Of a DNA stretch of 64,000 bases, positions 17,852 to 29,242 are shown piece after piece. Numbering within the stretch: the first letter of the stretch is position 1; every line of letters starts with the position of its first letter. Location: positions 135,788 to 199,787 of the forward strand of contig OZ242167.1 in NCBI GenBank assembly GCA_965205295.1, read 5' to 3'. Under the pieces are notes generated by a model. It was not told where the DNA came from and did not search any database. It saw only the letters and a list, made by a program, of their open reading frames with translations. This DNA comes from Candidatus Multivorans sp. (GTDB lineage Bacteria > Acidobacteriota > Thermoanaerobaculia > Multivoradales > Multivoraceae). The position numbers and the translations under genes are program-made.

Positions 17852-19786
17852 TCAGCGGTTGCGCTGAATCGGCACTTCCAGCCAGGAACCGTCCGGACCG
17901 CCCCGGTGAATCGTCACGGTTGGTGCGGCGACGCCTTCCGGGTCGGGGTACAGCGCGTGATTCGCGGCGTCGGCGCCGGCGATGGTCAGGCGAAGGCGGT
18001 GGCCCTGGTCGATCGTGATCGCGGTGCCCATCAGGTCGATCAGGAGTTCCGTGGCTTCACCCGGCAGCGGTTCGAGGTCTTCCGCGTTGCCGCGATGGAA
18101 GGGGAGGCCGAAGTCGTCCCATGGCGCCTCGCCGACCGCCCGGTAGGAGGCGCGGAGCGCTCCCTCGGTCACGTAGTGCGAACGTCCATCCGCGTCGATT
18201 TCCTCCAGGTAGACGAAGAAGTCGCCGTCGTCGTGGCTGGAGCTGACGTTCAGGCGCAGCACCGGATAGCCGACGATCGTCATCGACTCCGCCATCGGTT
18301 CGGTGGTGTACGTGAGCGCCTTCTCGTTCTCGGCCGATCGCTCGTCGAAGAAGGTCGTACCACGGCGGTCCTGACGTCGGGAACCGTGGCCGTTCATCCA
18401 GCGGGAGAAAGAGCCCATGGCCGACGTGTAGTCGACGGTGTATTCGTCCTGGCCGGAGTTGCCGGCGGAGTCGCCCAGCAGGCCGCCGGCGGCGAGTTCG
18501 AAGCGCTGGGCGGTCAGCCCGGCCGGCGGCCAGACATCTGTGCCGATCCAGGTCGAACCTTCCTCGGAGCGTTCCTCGTCCAGACTCGCCGTGACCTCGG
18601 GGTCCTCCGGCAGGGTGTGGTTGCCCTCCATGACGTAGTAGTGGACCGGCGGTTCGTCCATGACCCCGTTCTCGATGCCCTTGAGCCAGTGGTCGTACCA
18701 GCGCAGGAACTCGGCCTTGTGCACGTCGCCGCCGTAGCCGCCGCTGTGGACCCAGGGTCCGATCATCATCTTCTGCGGCGCCGAATCGAGGCTGGCGTAG
18801 AGCATCGGCTGTTGCGAGGTGTAGATGTCGTACCAGCCGACCAGGTGGTAGATCGCGATCCCGGAGGCATCGACCGCTTCCAGATCGTCGATGGTGCCCG
18901 TCGTGTCCCAGTCGGCGCGGGCGCTCTCCGTCTCGTAGGCCCAATCGCGGAACGCCGCGGCCTCGGCGCCGACCAGGTCCTGCGCCCAGATGTTGGCGGC
19001 GTGCTCGGCCACTGCCGCGTCGCGCATGGCGCCGGAGGCGTCGTCGTCGACCGGGGCGGGCGCCGTCGACAGATCGGCCTGTCTGGTGCCCGAGCCCCAG
19101 GTGTCGATGAACTCGTTCTTGTAGGTGCCGCCCCGGAACACGAAGTCGTAGGGGGTCGGCCCGGCCATCTCGGCGAAGATCGCCTTGAGCGCCGGCGGCG
19201 CCTGGGTCGCTGTCTGGTACTGGGTCATGCCGGGATAGGAGCGCCCGTGCATGCCGACGTTGCCGTCCGACCAGGGCTGCGCCGCGATCCACTCGATGAT
19301 GTGGAACGAGTCCGCGGTCTCCTCGATCGAGAAGGCGCCGTTGTGGACGCCGAACGAGGCGCCGGTGCCGCGGGCGTCGGCCACGACGACCGTGTAGCCG
19401 CGGTGCAGCATGTGCTGGAGGACCGGATCCTGTTCGCCGGTAGCGAAGAGTTGGGGGTTGCCGTTCTCGTCCTCGGTCAGGAAGGCGCGGGTGTAGCGGG
19501 TGTAGTGGACGATCGTCGGCAGCGGTTCCGAAGCCTCCGCACCGCCGGCCGTGGGGATGAAGTAGTCGACCGAGACGCGGACGCCGTCGGCCATCGGGAC
19601 GTAGACGGAGTAGCGGTTGGCGCCGTCGTGGGTCGCTTCTCTCGCATAGGCGCCGAACTGGCTGGGCTGGTGGGCGTCCGAAGACGACGGATCGCCGCCG
19701 CCCGGAGCACATGCGGCGGCTTGGACGAGGACGGCCGCTGCGATCAGGCCGCGGATGGCTGCCGGGAGGTTCTGCTCTGTTCTCAT
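17852..19786 (-). CDS. CocE/NonD family serine hydrolase (secreted/lipoprotein)
   Basis: DARGTGASFG, QPWSDGNVGMHGRSYPG, GWYD, IGPWVH. Confidence 0.9.
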   Translation of the reverse strand: MRTEQNLPAAIRGLIAAAVLVQAAACAPGGGDPSSSDAHQPSQFGAYAREATHDGANRYSVYVPMADGVRVSVDYFIPTAGGAEASEPLPTIVHYTRYTRAFLTEDENGNPQLFATGEQDPVLQHMLHRGYTVVVADARGTGASFGVHNGAFSIEETADSFHIIEWIAAQPWSDGNVGMHGRSYPGMTQYQTATQAPPALKAIFAEMAGPTPYDFVFRGGTYKNEFIDTWGSGTRQADLSTAPAPVDDDASGAMRDAAVAEHAANIWAQDLVGAEAAAFRDWAYETESARADWDTTGTIDDLEAVDASGIAIYHLVGWYDIYTSQQPMLYASLDSAPQKMMIGPWVHSGGYGGDVHKAEFLRWYDHWLKGIENGVMDEPPVHYYVMEGNHTLPEDPEVTASLDEERSEEGSTWIGTDVWPPAGLTAQRFELAAGGLLGDSAGNSGQDEYTVDYTSAMGSFSRWMNGHGSRRQDRRGTTFFDERSAENEKALTYTTEPMAESMTIVGYPVLRLNVSSSHDDGDFFVYLEEIDADGRSHYVTEGALRASYRAVGEAPWDDFGLPFHRGNAEDLEPLPGEATELLIDLMGTAITIDQGHRLRLTIAGADAANHALYPDPEGVAAPTVTIHRGGPDGSWLEVPIQRNR

Positions 19787-19821
19787 CGTTTCGGCTCCCC
19801 TCTGTTTGTTCCCGGGGCTGT

Positions 19822-21858
19822 CTATTCGGAAGGCTGGGCAGAGCCGCCTGACCCGTCAGGTCCGGGCAGCCGGTAGGCGACCAGCTCGAACCGCGCGCCG
19901 CGTCCCCCGAGCGCGAACACCAGGTACTGCCGGCCTCGATGGAGGAAGGTGATGGGGCTGCCGTCGGTGTGCGCGGGCAAGTCGATCTCGCCGACGAGTT
20001 CGCCGGTCGCCTTGTCGAACGCGCGCAGCGCCGGGGTCTCGACGCGCCAGTCGTCACGGCCCGCGCCCGCTGCCGTCGCCTCCTGGTCGATGGCACGGAA
20101 GGCGAGCGACCGGCCGGCGGTCACGAACAGGAGGGTCTTCGTCGCCACGACGTGGCCGCGGGCCCCGGAGCCAAGGCTCGGCAGGTCGAGCCCGGCGAGC
20201 GCCGGATGGCGGCGCGGGCCGTAGCCCAGGGGCGCCGTCCATGCGATCTCGCCGCGGTTCATGTCGTAGGCGGTGACCCTGGAGTAGGGCGGCTTGACCA
20301 GGGGCAGGTCGCGCGGGCCGCGCACGTCGCTGTTGATGCGGCCGACGTAGTCGAAGGCCGAGCGGCTTGCGTCCGGCTTGCCGAGCGTATTGACCACGGG
20401 CCAGGTGAAGGACGGCACGTAGAGCATGCCGGTCTCGGGGTCGAAGGCGCCGCCGGGCCAGCTCGCGCCGCCGCCGTAGCCGGGCATCAGAAACGTGCCG
20501 CGTTCCGTGGGCGGCGTGAACAGCGGGCCGTACTGGTAGCGGGAGAGGATGGCCCGCGCCTCGCTGCGGAGCTTGGGCGTGAAGTCGATCAGATCGTCCG
20601 GACCGATGCCCTGGCGGTCGAAGGCCGGCGGCTTGGTGGGGAAGGGCTGGGTCGCCGACGTGCGCTCGCCCACGATGCCGGTTTGCGGCACTTCACGCTC
20701 CAGGATCGGCCACACGGGCTCGCCGGTACTCGCGTCGAAGACGTAGAGGAAGCCCTGCTTGGAGAGCTGCATCGCGGCGCGGATGGTCGTGCCCTCGACC
20801 TCGATGTCGCCGAGGATGGCGGAGGTCGGCAGGTCGTAGTCCCACAGGCCGTGGTGGACCATCTGGAAGTGCCAGCGCCGCTCCCCGGTCTCGCAGTCAA
20901 CCGCGACCAGCGACTCGGCGTAGAGGTTGTCGCCGAGGCGGTGTCCGCCGTACCAGTCGTTGGTCGGCGTGCCGAACGGCAGATAGGCGAGGCCGAGCTC
21001 CGGGTCGGCGCTCATCAGCGTCCACACGTTCGTGTTGCCGCTGACCTTCCACGAACCCTTCTTCCAGGTATCCCGCCCGGGCTCGCCCTCCCGCGGGATC
21101 GAGTGGAAGGTCCAGAGTTGCTCGCCGGTACGGACATCGAACCCGCGCACGTCGCCCGGCGGCGCTTCGGGCGAGCGGGGACCGTCGGAGACGGACGAGC
21201 CGACGATGACGACATCGCGGCACAGGGTGACCGGCGAACTGACGCTGTAGGCCCGGCGGACCACCTCGCGGCGCAGTCCCAGGGTCAGGTCGACTCCGCC
21301 ACCGTCGCCGAATGAGGAGATCGGTTCGCCGCTGAGCGTGTCCACCGCGCGCAGGAAGGAGTCGCCGCCGGCCCAAAGCAGGCGGCCCCCGTCACCCGGA
21401 AGGTCGGGGTCGTCCCAGTAGGTCGCTCCGCGGTGGACGAAGCCGAGGTTCGCCGGACGGCCCTGGAGGTAGGCCTGCGGATCGTAGGTCCAGAGACTCG
21501 TTCCCTGCTCGATGTCGACCGCCGCGATCTGCCCGTAGCCGGTCGTCACATAGAGCCGGTCGCCGACCTTGATCGGGATCGCCTCATGATTCCGCGGGGT
21601 CGTGCGCCGCCCGGTCGTCGCGCCATCTCCGGTCATCAACTCGTTGTCCGGCGACGACCACCGCCAAGCGACCTCGAGCTCGGCGAAGTTGTCGCGATCG
21701 ATCTGATCGAGCGCGGCGTACCGCTGGCTCGCGTTGTTGCCGGTAACGACCTGCCAGTCTGTGTCCGCAGGCTCCTGGGCAGCACCAGCGACCCCGAGCG
21801 CCACCGTCACCCCGACTGGTAGCCACCTCAGACCCCGACAACGCCTCTGGCCAAGCAT
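19822..21858 (-). CDS. PQQ-dependent dehydrogenase, glucose/quinate/shikimate type
   Basis: PPGDVRGFDVRTG, HHGLWDYDLP, EREVPQ..TQPFP, KPPYSR; signal peptide. Confidence 0.88.
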   Translation of the reverse strand: MLGQRRCRGLRWLPVGVTVALGVAGAAQEPADTDWQVVTGNNASQRYAALDQIDRDNFAELEVAWRWSSPDNELMTGDGATTGRRTTPRNHEAIPIKVGDRLYVTTGYGQIAAVDIEQGTSLWTYDPQAYLQGRPANLGFVHRGATYWDDPDLPGDGGRLLWAGGDSFLRAVDTLSGEPISSFGDGGGVDLTLGLRREVVRRAYSVSSPVTLCRDVVIVGSSVSDGPRSPEAPPGDVRGFDVRTGEQLWTFHSIPREGEPGRDTWKKGSWKVSGNTNVWTLMSADPELGLAYLPFGTPTNDWYGGHRLGDNLYAESLVAVDCETGERRWHFQMVHHGLWDYDLPTSAILGDIEVEGTTIRAAMQLSKQGFLYVFDASTGEPVWPILEREVPQTGIVGERTSATQPFPTKPPAFDRQGIGPDDLIDFTPKLRSEARAILSRYQYGPLFTPPTERGTFLMPGYGGGASWPGGAFDPETGMLYVPSFTWPVVNTLGKPDASRSAFDYVGRINSDVRGPRDLPLVKPPYSRVTAYDMNRGEIAWTAPLGYGPRRHPALAGLDLPSLGSGARGHVVATKTLLFVTAGRSLAFRAIDQEATAAGAGRDDWRVETPALRAFDKATGELVGEIDLPAHTDGSPITFLHRGRQYLVFALGGRGARFELVAYRLPGPDGSGGSAQPSE

Positions 21859-22010
21859 CGAGGAACAGTAGCAGCGGCCACAGGGATGCCGGTCAGTGTG
21901 CAAACCGCTTCGCCGGTTTCGTGCCTTCGTCTCAGCTACCACCTCTGGAAGCCCACCGCACCGACAATCCGGTGCGGTGAACGCCAAGCCGACCCCGTCC
22001 AGCCTGCGCA

Positions 22011-22172
22011 GGGCCTCAGGGGGTAAGGGACCCAGCGGGCTCGAAGCGAGCGACGCCCGATTACACAACGCCGGGCAATGTCCAACCGGAGCGAGCGTAG
22101 TGAAGTGCGCGCCAACCTCCCCGTATCCGAGAAAGCGCGCACGTCCGCTGGGTCCCTTACCCCCTGTGGCCC
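22011..22172. mobile_element. MITE-like element with 28-bp terminal inverted repeats
   Basis: GGGCCTCAGGGGGTAAGGGACCCAGCGG (22011-22038) vs its reverse complement at 22145-22172, 1 mismatch; no coding capacity. Confidence 0.55.
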
Positions 22173-22211
22173 GGAGCGGGCGGGTGAGCCCCGCGCCCCG
22201 CGCCGCCGCCG

Positions 22212-24314
22212 CTAGCCGCTGAGCCGGCCGCCGGCGGCGGCCGTCTTGCGCAGCAGCGGCGCCGCCTGCCACTGGTCGGGGTCGAAGCGGGCGGCGTAGT
22301 CGTCGAGGATTTCGACGATGCGGTCGAGGCCGAACTCGTCGGCCCAGAACATGGGGCCGCCTCGGTAGACGGGCCAGCCGTAGCCGTTGATCCAGATGAC
22401 GTCGATGTCGCTGGCGCGGACGGCGATGCCTTCCTCGAGAATCTTCGCTCCCTCGTTGACGGAGGAGAGCAGGCAGCGGTTCAGGATCTCCTCGTCGTCG
22501 ATGTCGCGCTGCTCGATGCCGAGCCGTGCCGCCAGTTCCCGGGCGAGGTCCATGACCTCCGGGTCGGGCGCCGCGGCGCGCGTGGCAGGGTCGTAGACGT
22601 AGTAGCCGCGGCCCGTCTTCTGGCCGCGCCGGTCCCGCTCGCAGAGCATCTCGCGCAAGGTGCTCGACGACGAGATCTTCGCATCCCAGCCCACGTCCAG
22701 GCCGGCGAGGTCGCTCATGCGGAACGGGCCCATCGGCATGCCGAAGTCGTAGAGCACGCGGTCGATGTCCCACGGCAGCGCGCCCTCGAGCACCAGCCGG
22801 TCGGCCTGGAGGCGGCGCTGGAAGAGCATGCGGTTGCCGACGAAACCGTGGCAGACGCCGACCAGGACCGGCGCCTTGCCGATCGTCCGGGAGATCGACA
22901 TGGCCGTCGCGACCGCGTCGGGCGCGGACTTCTCGCCGCGGACGACCTCGACCAGCTTCATGACGTTGGCCGGACTGAAGAAGTGCATGCCGACGACGTC
23001 CTCGGGCCGCCCGGTCTCGGCGGCGATCACGTTGATGTCGAGGTAGGACGTGTTCGTGGCCAGCAGCGCGCCGGGCCTGGCGATCCGGTCGAGTTCGGAG
23101 AAGACGCGCTTCTTGAGCTCCAGGTCCTCGAAGACGGCCTCGATGACGAGGTCGCATTCGGCGAGCGCCTCCCGGTCCGTGCCGCCGTCGAGAAGCGCCA
23201 TCCGCTCCTCGGCCTGGTCCTCGGTGAACCGTCCGCGGGAGGCGCTGCGGTCGTAGTTGCGCCGCACGGTGGCCAGGCCGCGGTCGAGCGCGTCGCGGCT
23301 CTGCTCGACGACCTGAACCGGCAGCCCGGCATTGGCGAAGGCCATCGAGATGCCGCCGCCCATCGTGCCGGCGCCGAGGACGCCGACGCGGCGGATGTCG
23401 CGGACCTCGGTATCCGCCGGGATGTCCGGGATCTTCCGGGCCGCGCGTTCGGCGAAGAAGTAGTAGCGCTGGGCCCGCGATTGCGGGTCCGCGTGGAGTT
23501 GCCGCGACAGCTCGGCCTCGCGCATCAGCCCTTCGTCGAACGGCAGCTCGGCCGCCGCCTCGACGCACTGAATGCACGCTTCGGGGGCACTGAACCCTCG
23601 CGTCCTGCGGGCGATCCGGCGGCGGAAGTCGTCGAAGAGCCCCTGGTTCTCGCGCACCGCGTCGCGGTGGCTCTCGATGTCCCGGACCCGCGGCAGGCCC
23701 CGGCCCTCGGCCACGGCGCGGAGGGCGAACCGGAACGCGCCGACCGCCAGGCTGCTGCCCCCCAGCACGTCGACGACGCCGTCGATCAGGCCCAGGTCGA
23801 GCGCTTCGGCGGCGGTGATGTGCTCGCCGCTGGTGACCATCTCGAGCGCCCGCGGCACGCCGACCAGGCGGGGAAGGCGCTGGGTGCCGCCGCCGCCCGG
23901 CAGGATGCCGAGCTTGACCTCGGGCAGACCGAGACGCGCCCGCGCATCGGCGACCCGGAAGTGGCACGCCATCGCCATCTCCAGCCCGCCGCCCAGCGCG
24001 GTGCCGTGGATGGCTGCCACGAACGGCTTGGGGGACTTCTCGATCATGCGCCGGACCTCGTTCGTGTCCGGGGGCAGGCGTGGCTTGCCGAACTCGCGGA
24101 TGTCGGCGCCGGCGATGAACGTCCGGCCGCGGCAGACGATGACCGCAGCCTGCATCTCGGGGTCGTTCGCAACCGCGGGCACAGCCGCCGCGAGCCCCTC
24201 GCGGACGTGTTGGCTCAGGGCGTTGACCGGCGGATTGTCGATCCAGATCGCGCCGACGACGCCAAGTCCCGGCTCCTCGTGTCGTTCGACGGCTACGGAC
24301 TGGCTGAGCTGCAT
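22212..24314 (-). CDS. Enoyl-CoA hydratase / 3-hydroxyacyl-CoA dehydrogenase fusion (FadB/FadJ-like)
   Basis: [47 protein letters not shown]. Confidence 0.93.
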   Translation of the reverse strand: MQLSQSVAVERHEEPGLGVVGAIWIDNPPVNALSQHVREGLAAAVPAVANDPEMQAAVIVCRGRTFIAGADIREFGKPRLPPDTNEVRRMIEKSPKPFVAAIHGTALGGGLEMAMACHFRVADARARLGLPEVKLGILPGGGGTQRLPRLVGVPRALEMVTSGEHITAAEALDLGLIDGVVDVLGGSSLAVGAFRFALRAVAEGRGLPRVRDIESHRDAVRENQGLFDDFRRRIARRTRGFSAPEACIQCVEAAAELPFDEGLMREAELSRQLHADPQSRAQRYYFFAERAARKIPDIPADTEVRDIRRVGVLGAGTMGGGISMAFANAGLPVQVVEQSRDALDRGLATVRRNYDRSASRGRFTEDQAEERMALLDGGTDREALAECDLVIEAVFEDLELKKRVFSELDRIARPGALLATNTSYLDINVIAAETGRPEDVVGMHFFSPANVMKLVEVVRGEKSAPDAVATAMSISRTIGKAPVLVGVCHGFVGNRMLFQRRLQADRLVLEGALPWDIDRVLYDFGMPMGPFRMSDLAGLDVGWDAKISSSSTLREMLCERDRRGQKTGRGYYVYDPATRAAAPDPEVMDLARELAARLGIEQRDIDDEEILNRCLLSSVNEGAKILEEGIAVRASDIDVIWINGYGWPVYRGGPMFWADEFGLDRIVEILDDYAARFDPDQWQAAPLLRKTAAAGGRLSG

Positions 24315-24367
24315 GGCGGCGATCTCCCCTACGATTGGCGCGGGGAGGATACCCGGCCTTCTGGGAA

Positions 24368-24434
24368 CCCGTGTGGCGCGTTCCGCGCCACACGTGAACC
24401 ACTCCGTGCGCCCGTCATCGAGCGCACGGATGGC
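24368..24434 (-). repeat. Dispersed two-hairpin element, full copy
   Basis: GCCATCCGTGCGCTCG-ATGA-CGGGCGCACGG-AGTGGTTCA-CGTGTGGCGCG-GAA-CGCGCCACACGGG. Confidence 0.8.
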
Positions 24435-24515
24435 ACGCGGGCGTCCCGCCCGCATCCGGCGCCGTCGCCTGCCGTACTATTGAGCCACATCCGCTGATCG
24501 AAGGAGGTTGAACCG

Positions 24516-25535
24516 ATGCTCCGAAACGACTCGCGCTTCGCCGGCGTGGCCAAGCTGCTCCTGCCCGCGGTTCTCCTGTTCTCCACGGGGACGCTGGCAG
24601 CCGACGACTGGAAGGCCCCGCGCACCGCCGCCGATCAACCCGACCTGCAGGGCATCTGGGCCAACAACAGCGCGACCCCCCTGGAGCGGCCGGAGGCGTT
24701 CGGCGAGAAGGCGACGCTGACCGACGAGGAGCTGGCCGAACTCAAGCGGCGGCTCAACGAGATCCGGGAGAGTTCCCAGGCCGGCGACCTGCTTGGCGAC
24801 TACCTGATCCAGCGCGTGCTGGAGGACCCGGAGTTCCGCGGCTTCGACCAGGTGACGGGGAACTACAACTCGTTCTGGCTCGTCGACCGGGAACTCGACA
24901 ACCGCACCTCGCTGGTGATCGATCCACCGAACGGCCGCATTCCGGCACTGACGGACCAGGCCATGGAACGTGTGCGGGCTGGGGTGGCCTACGGCGACGA
25001 GGCGCCCGCCGGTCCTGAGGACATGCCCGTCAGCGTGCGCTGCATCAGCTACGGCGTGCCGAACACGCTGGCCGGGTACAACAGCTACTTCCAGATCCTC
25101 CAGACGGCGGACCACGTCGCGATCCTCCAGGAACTGATCCACGACGTGCGCATCATCCCGCTGGGCGAGCCCGAGCCGCTCGCCGACGATCTGCGGCTCT
25201 GGCACGGCAACTCGCGCGGCTGGTTCGAAGGCGACACCCTCGTGGTCGCGACGTCGAACTACTCCGCCGACGGCAGTTCCAGGTCGAGGGCGACGGACGG
25301 TCTGAAGGTGACCGAGCGCTTCACCCGCACCGGCCCGGACGTGATCGAGTGGGAGATCACCTACGACGACGAGGCGACCTGGGTCAGTCCCTGGACGATG
25401 ATGATCCGCCTCGCCCGCACCGAGGACCCGATCTTCGAGTACGCCTGCCACGAGGGCAACTACGGCCTGACGAACATCCTCTCCGGCGCCCGCGCCCAGG
25501 AGCGGGAGGCGGCGGCGAGCGGCGGCGGTCACTAG
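24516..25535 (+). CDS. Secreted hypothetical protein (EYACHEGN family), paralog 1
   Basis: Signal peptide, AAGGAGG RBS; shares TPLERP, DPPNGRIP and EYACHEGNY with the genes at 42242 and 62722. Confidence 0.85.
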   Translation: MLRNDSRFAGVAKLLLPAVLLFSTGTLAADDWKAPRTAADQPDLQGIWANNSATPLERPEAFGEKATLTDEELAELKRRLNEIRESSQAGDLLGDYLIQRVLEDPEFRGFDQVTGNYNSFWLVDRELDNRTSLVIDPPNGRIPALTDQAMERVRAGVAYGDEAPAGPEDMPVSVRCISYGVPNTLAGYNSYFQILQTADHVAILQELIHDVRIIPLGEPEPLADDLRLWHGNSRGWFEGDTLVVATSNYSADGSSRSRATDGLKVTERFTRTGPDVIEWEITYDDEATWVSPWTMMIRLARTEDPIFEYACHEGNYGLTNILSGARAQEREAAASGGGH

Positions 25536-25568
25536 GCGGACGGTAGCGCGTCGCGGACGGTGCGTCCG

Positions 25569-27133
25569 CTACTCGATTGCCTCGAGCGGCACGGCGCTTC
25601 GCAGTTGGAGCCCTTGCCGGATCACTCGGACTTCCGGCGCGATGGCGGCGCCGGACGGCTGGTCGGTGTGGTACGTCAGCACGTGTTGATGGCGCAGGTC
25701 GTCTTCGATCTGCTTGAACACGCCCTGGATCCGTTGCGTCCATGGCGGAGTGTCATCTGTAACGTCGACGTGGAAGAGGCGGCCGCCAGTTTGGCGGCTG
25801 ATCGTTTCGAGCCGCTTCCGGTGTTGTCGCCGTCGACTCCTGGTCCTCTTGTTCGGTCGGTCGAGTTCGATGAAGTAGATCGGAAGACCAAGCCGCACCG
25901 CAAAGTCGGCGGACTGGCTTGGCGTGGTGCGGCTGTGCTGGTCGAAGCCGTCGGTGACTACGACCAGCGCTCGGCGACCCGGTTCCCTACCGTACTGGAG
26001 CAAGGAGAACAGGATCCCGTCGTTCAGTGCCGTGCCCATTCTGGGGACGAGCAATCTCACCTGGCTCGCAAGCAGGCGCTTGTTTCCGGTCAGCCGTTGG
26101 GCCAGGCGAACTGTGCCGGCGAAGTCGACCACGAAGGCCCGATCGTCTGGTGAAAGTGCAGCGTCAAGAAAGCCGGCGGACACGTCCCTCGCCTGATGCC
26201 AGATGGGCAGCATGCTGTCTGACATATCGATCGCCAGACCGAGAACCAGGGGACGTAGTGAGCCGTATGGAGATTCTCCACCAAGCGCTTCCTGCCGCCC
26301 TCGCGGATCTCGAAATCCTCCGGCTTCAGGCCGCTCACGGGGTCCCCGTCGCGGTCGCTAACCAGCAGTTGGAGCTGGGCCAACTGGATGTCGATCTCGT
26401 CCTGGTACACCGCGCCCTGGAGAAGTTGGGCGTCTTCCAACTCGCGGCCGCCGGCGAGCGTCGCCGTGACCCGGACGAAGTCGTCGGCTGGGTTGTACTC
26501 CATCAGGGACTCGACCGGGATCGTACGGGGAACGCCGGGAGCCGCGTCCTCGCCGAAGTTGTTCATGGTCTCTACCAGGAGTTCGCCGCGATAGAACGCG
26601 CCCCGTTCGAGCTTCGCGGACCGGGGCACCGAGACATCCGCCTCGATCCGTAGCGCGTCGTACCCGTCCGCATCCACGCGGCGCATCGTGGTGATGCGGA
26701 CGCCAAAGGGAACGTCCAGTTGGTTGAGGGTCATCCTGTCGGTTCCGAGGACGTTGCCCAGGGCGTCGCAGGCCCGGACTTCGAGCATCTGTTCGCGAGG
26801 CGGATTCGCCAGTTCGATGGGGGCTTGGTAAGGCGGCTTCTTTACGCGCTTCACTGGGTTGCCGTCGAGGACGAATTCGACCGCCCTGATCAGTGGGTGA
26901 ACAAGCAGGGTCTGGATCTCGACCTTGCCGCTGAACGGTTCGCCGTAGCCGCGGTCCGGCGGCACGATGTGAATCATCAGCCGCCCCGTGTCCGCCGAGG
27001 CAACGGCTGCCTCCCTGGCGGAGTTGTCCTGAGCGCTTGCCGGTGCGTGGACCGCTACGCAGGTCACCAGAGCAAGTGCCGCCGCGGCCATCGTCTTGGT
27101 GGCGCGGGCGTGGTCCGAATCGGCAGCGGTCAT
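25569..27133 (-). pseudogene. Ig-like + VWA domain protein, frameshifted
   Basis: ORFs 26090-27133 and 25569-26225 join into a paralog of the neighbours if one base is added to the G4 run at 26249-26252. Confidence 0.75.
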
Positions 27134-27155
27134 CTGGCTTCTCTCGACATCCGCC

Positions 27156-29222
27156 CTACTCGATCCCCTGGAGCGGCACCGCGCTCCGCAGGTTGAGCCC
27201 CCGCCGGGTCAGTCGGATCTCAGGCTCGACCGCCGTGCCGGGCGGCTGGTCGCTGTAGTAGGTCAGCACGTGCTGGTGCCGCAGGTCTTGCTCGATCTGA
27301 TCGAAGACGTGCTCGATGTGGTCGGTCCACCGCGGCGTGGTGGCGTAGAGCTCGATGCGGAAAAGGCGTCCGCCGGTTTGCTCGCTGATCCGGCTGAGCC
27401 GTTTCCGCGCCCGTTGCCGCTGTGCCGTTCGTGTGACGTTGAGCGCGACCACGCCGGATGAGTCTCCGGTACCCGGACCCGATGCGTCCAGTTCGATGAA
27501 GTAGATCGGCAGGCCCAGCCGCTCCGCGAGGTCGGCGGACTGTTCGGGTTGGGATCGACTGTGCTGGTCGGCGCCGTCGGTGACCACGACCAGGGCGCGG
27601 CGCCCGGGCTCGCGGCGGTACTGGAGTAGAGAGAACAGGAGCCCGTCGTTGAGCGCCGTGCCGCCCATCGGAATCAGATGGTCAAGCCGGCTTTGCAGCA
27701 GCGGTTGGTCTGCCGTCAGTGGCTGGACGAGGCGCACCGTGTCGTCGAAGTCGACCAGGAAGGACCGGTCGCCAGGCTCCAGGGCGGTCTCGAGGAAGCC
27801 CCGGGCAATGTGCTTCAGGCGCCTCCAGGTGGAGAGCATGCTGTCCGACGAGTCGATCGCCAGCCCCAGGACCAGGGGCACGTCGTAGGCGGTGTGAAGG
27901 GCCACCGCCGGGTGCTTCCTGCCGTTCTCCCGGATTTCGAAGTCCTCCGGCGAGAGCCCGCTGACAGGATTCCCGTCGCGGTCCGTGACCAGCACCTGGA
28001 ACTGAACCAGTTGGACGTCGATCTCGCTCTGGTAGTCCGCTCCCTGCAGGAGTGCCGCGTCTTCCCGCTCACGGCCGTCGGCGAGCTTCGCCACAACACG
28101 GATGAAGTCGTCCGGTCGGCCGTCCTCGATCAGTGCCTCGAGGGAAATGGTGCGCGCGACGCCGGGCGCCCCATCTTCGCCGAAGGTGTGCGTTGCCGAC
28201 ACGAGATTCTCGCTGCGGTAGAACTCGACCCGCTCGAGTGTCGCCGCGCGCGGCAGCGACACGGAGGCCGCCACCCGGATCGCGGGGTCCCCGTTTGCCT
28301 GCGCGCTGTGAATCTCGGCGATGTGGACGGCGAAGGGCCGGTCGATCTGGTTGAGGAGGATCTCGTCCCTTCCGATGTACTCGTTCTTTCTGTCGTAGGC
28401 GAGGGCCTCGAGCTTCTGCTCGCGGGGTGGGTCGGCCAAACCGATGCGGGTCGTGAAGGGTCGGTTGCGAACGCGCCTGGTCTGTTTGCCGTCGAGCAGG
28501 AACTCCACTTCGCCAACGCGCGGATCGACGATCAGGGTCTGGATTTCGACTCTGCCGCTGAGCAGTTCGCCGACCCTGCGTTCGGGCGGCACAATGCGGA
28601 TCGTGGTGGGCTGGCCGGCACCGGCGGCCAGGGAATCCGAGGCAGGCGACACTTCCGGGCGGTCGTAGACCGTACTGAACTCCAGCCGAGGTTGGGACCG
28701 GACGTTGAGGTCGGTCATCCGCACAAGCTGGTCGTTCAGCAGGAAGAAGGTGTCGAACCGGCGCCAGTGCGAAGCGACCATCTCGATCGTGAGGCGTTCG
28801 TCGGTTTCGAGAAGGCGCCCGTCGACGCCGCGGCCAAGCGAGTGCTGCCGGCCGTCGAGCGCCAGGACACGGATGCCGCCGCGGTCGTCGAGGAGCACCA
28901 GGGCGTCATCGAGAATCCGGATCATCACCGTGCCGTAGCGCTCCGCGAGAGCCTGGGCCAGCTCGTCCACGGTCGGCGATCTGCGTTTGGGCGCCACTCG
29001 CATGCCCTGGACCTTGAGGACCGGATCGTCGCTGAGTTCGTCGTTCCTGATCCAGGGGCCATGCAGGTTGGAAAAGGGGACGTCCGGATGGACGCCGGTC
29101 CTGCTCGGTGGCGGAACGCCTTGGGCGGATGCCCCGGCAGCCCACACGGAGACCGCGAGCGTGAGCGCTGTCGAGGCTGCCGCGCAGCCGATCGCGGCAC
29201 GACGTAGGGCTCCGGCTCTCAC
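27156..29222 (-). CDS. Secreted Ig-like + VWA domain protein
   Basis: Signal peptide; VEFLLDG..PF Ig-like segment; MIDAS AIDSSDSM, GGTALND, VVTDGAD. Confidence 0.85.
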   Translation of the reverse strand: MRAGALRRAAIGCAAASTALTLAVSVWAAGASAQGVPPPSRTGVHPDVPFSNLHGPWIRNDELSDDPVLKVQGMRVAPKRRSPTVDELAQALAERYGTVMIRILDDALVLLDDRGGIRVLALDGRQHSLGRGVDGRLLETDERLTIEMVASHWRRFDTFFLLNDQLVRMTDLNVRSQPRLEFSTVYDRPEVSPASDSLAAGAGQPTTIRIVPPERRVGELLSGRVEIQTLIVDPRVGEVEFLLDGKQTRRVRNRPFTTRIGLADPPREQKLEALAYDRKNEYIGRDEILLNQIDRPFAVHIAEIHSAQANGDPAIRVAASVSLPRAATLERVEFYRSENLVSATHTFGEDGAPGVARTISLEALIEDGRPDDFIRVVAKLADGREREDAALLQGADYQSEIDVQLVQFQVLVTDRDGNPVSGLSPEDFEIRENGRKHPAVALHTAYDVPLVLGLAIDSSDSMLSTWRRLKHIARGFLETALEPGDRSFLVDFDDTVRLVQPLTADQPLLQSRLDHLIPMGGTALNDGLLFSLLQYRREPGRRALVVVTDGADQHSRSQPEQSADLAERLGLPIYFIELDASGPGTGDSSGVVALNVTRTAQRQRARKRLSRISEQTGGRLFRIELYATTPRWTDHIEHVFDQIEQDLRHQHVLTYYSDQPPGTAVEPEIRLTRRGLNLRSAVPLQGIE

Positions 29223-29242
29223 CCGCGTCTCTTCCCGGCGGA

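Noticed and set aside
19822-24402. 1526-aa ORF suggesting a giant fusion protein
   Set aside because: Only the last ~680 aa (PQQ dehydrogenase) are protein-like; the rest is an Arg/Pro-rich off-frame shadow of the FadB-like gene, typical of high GC
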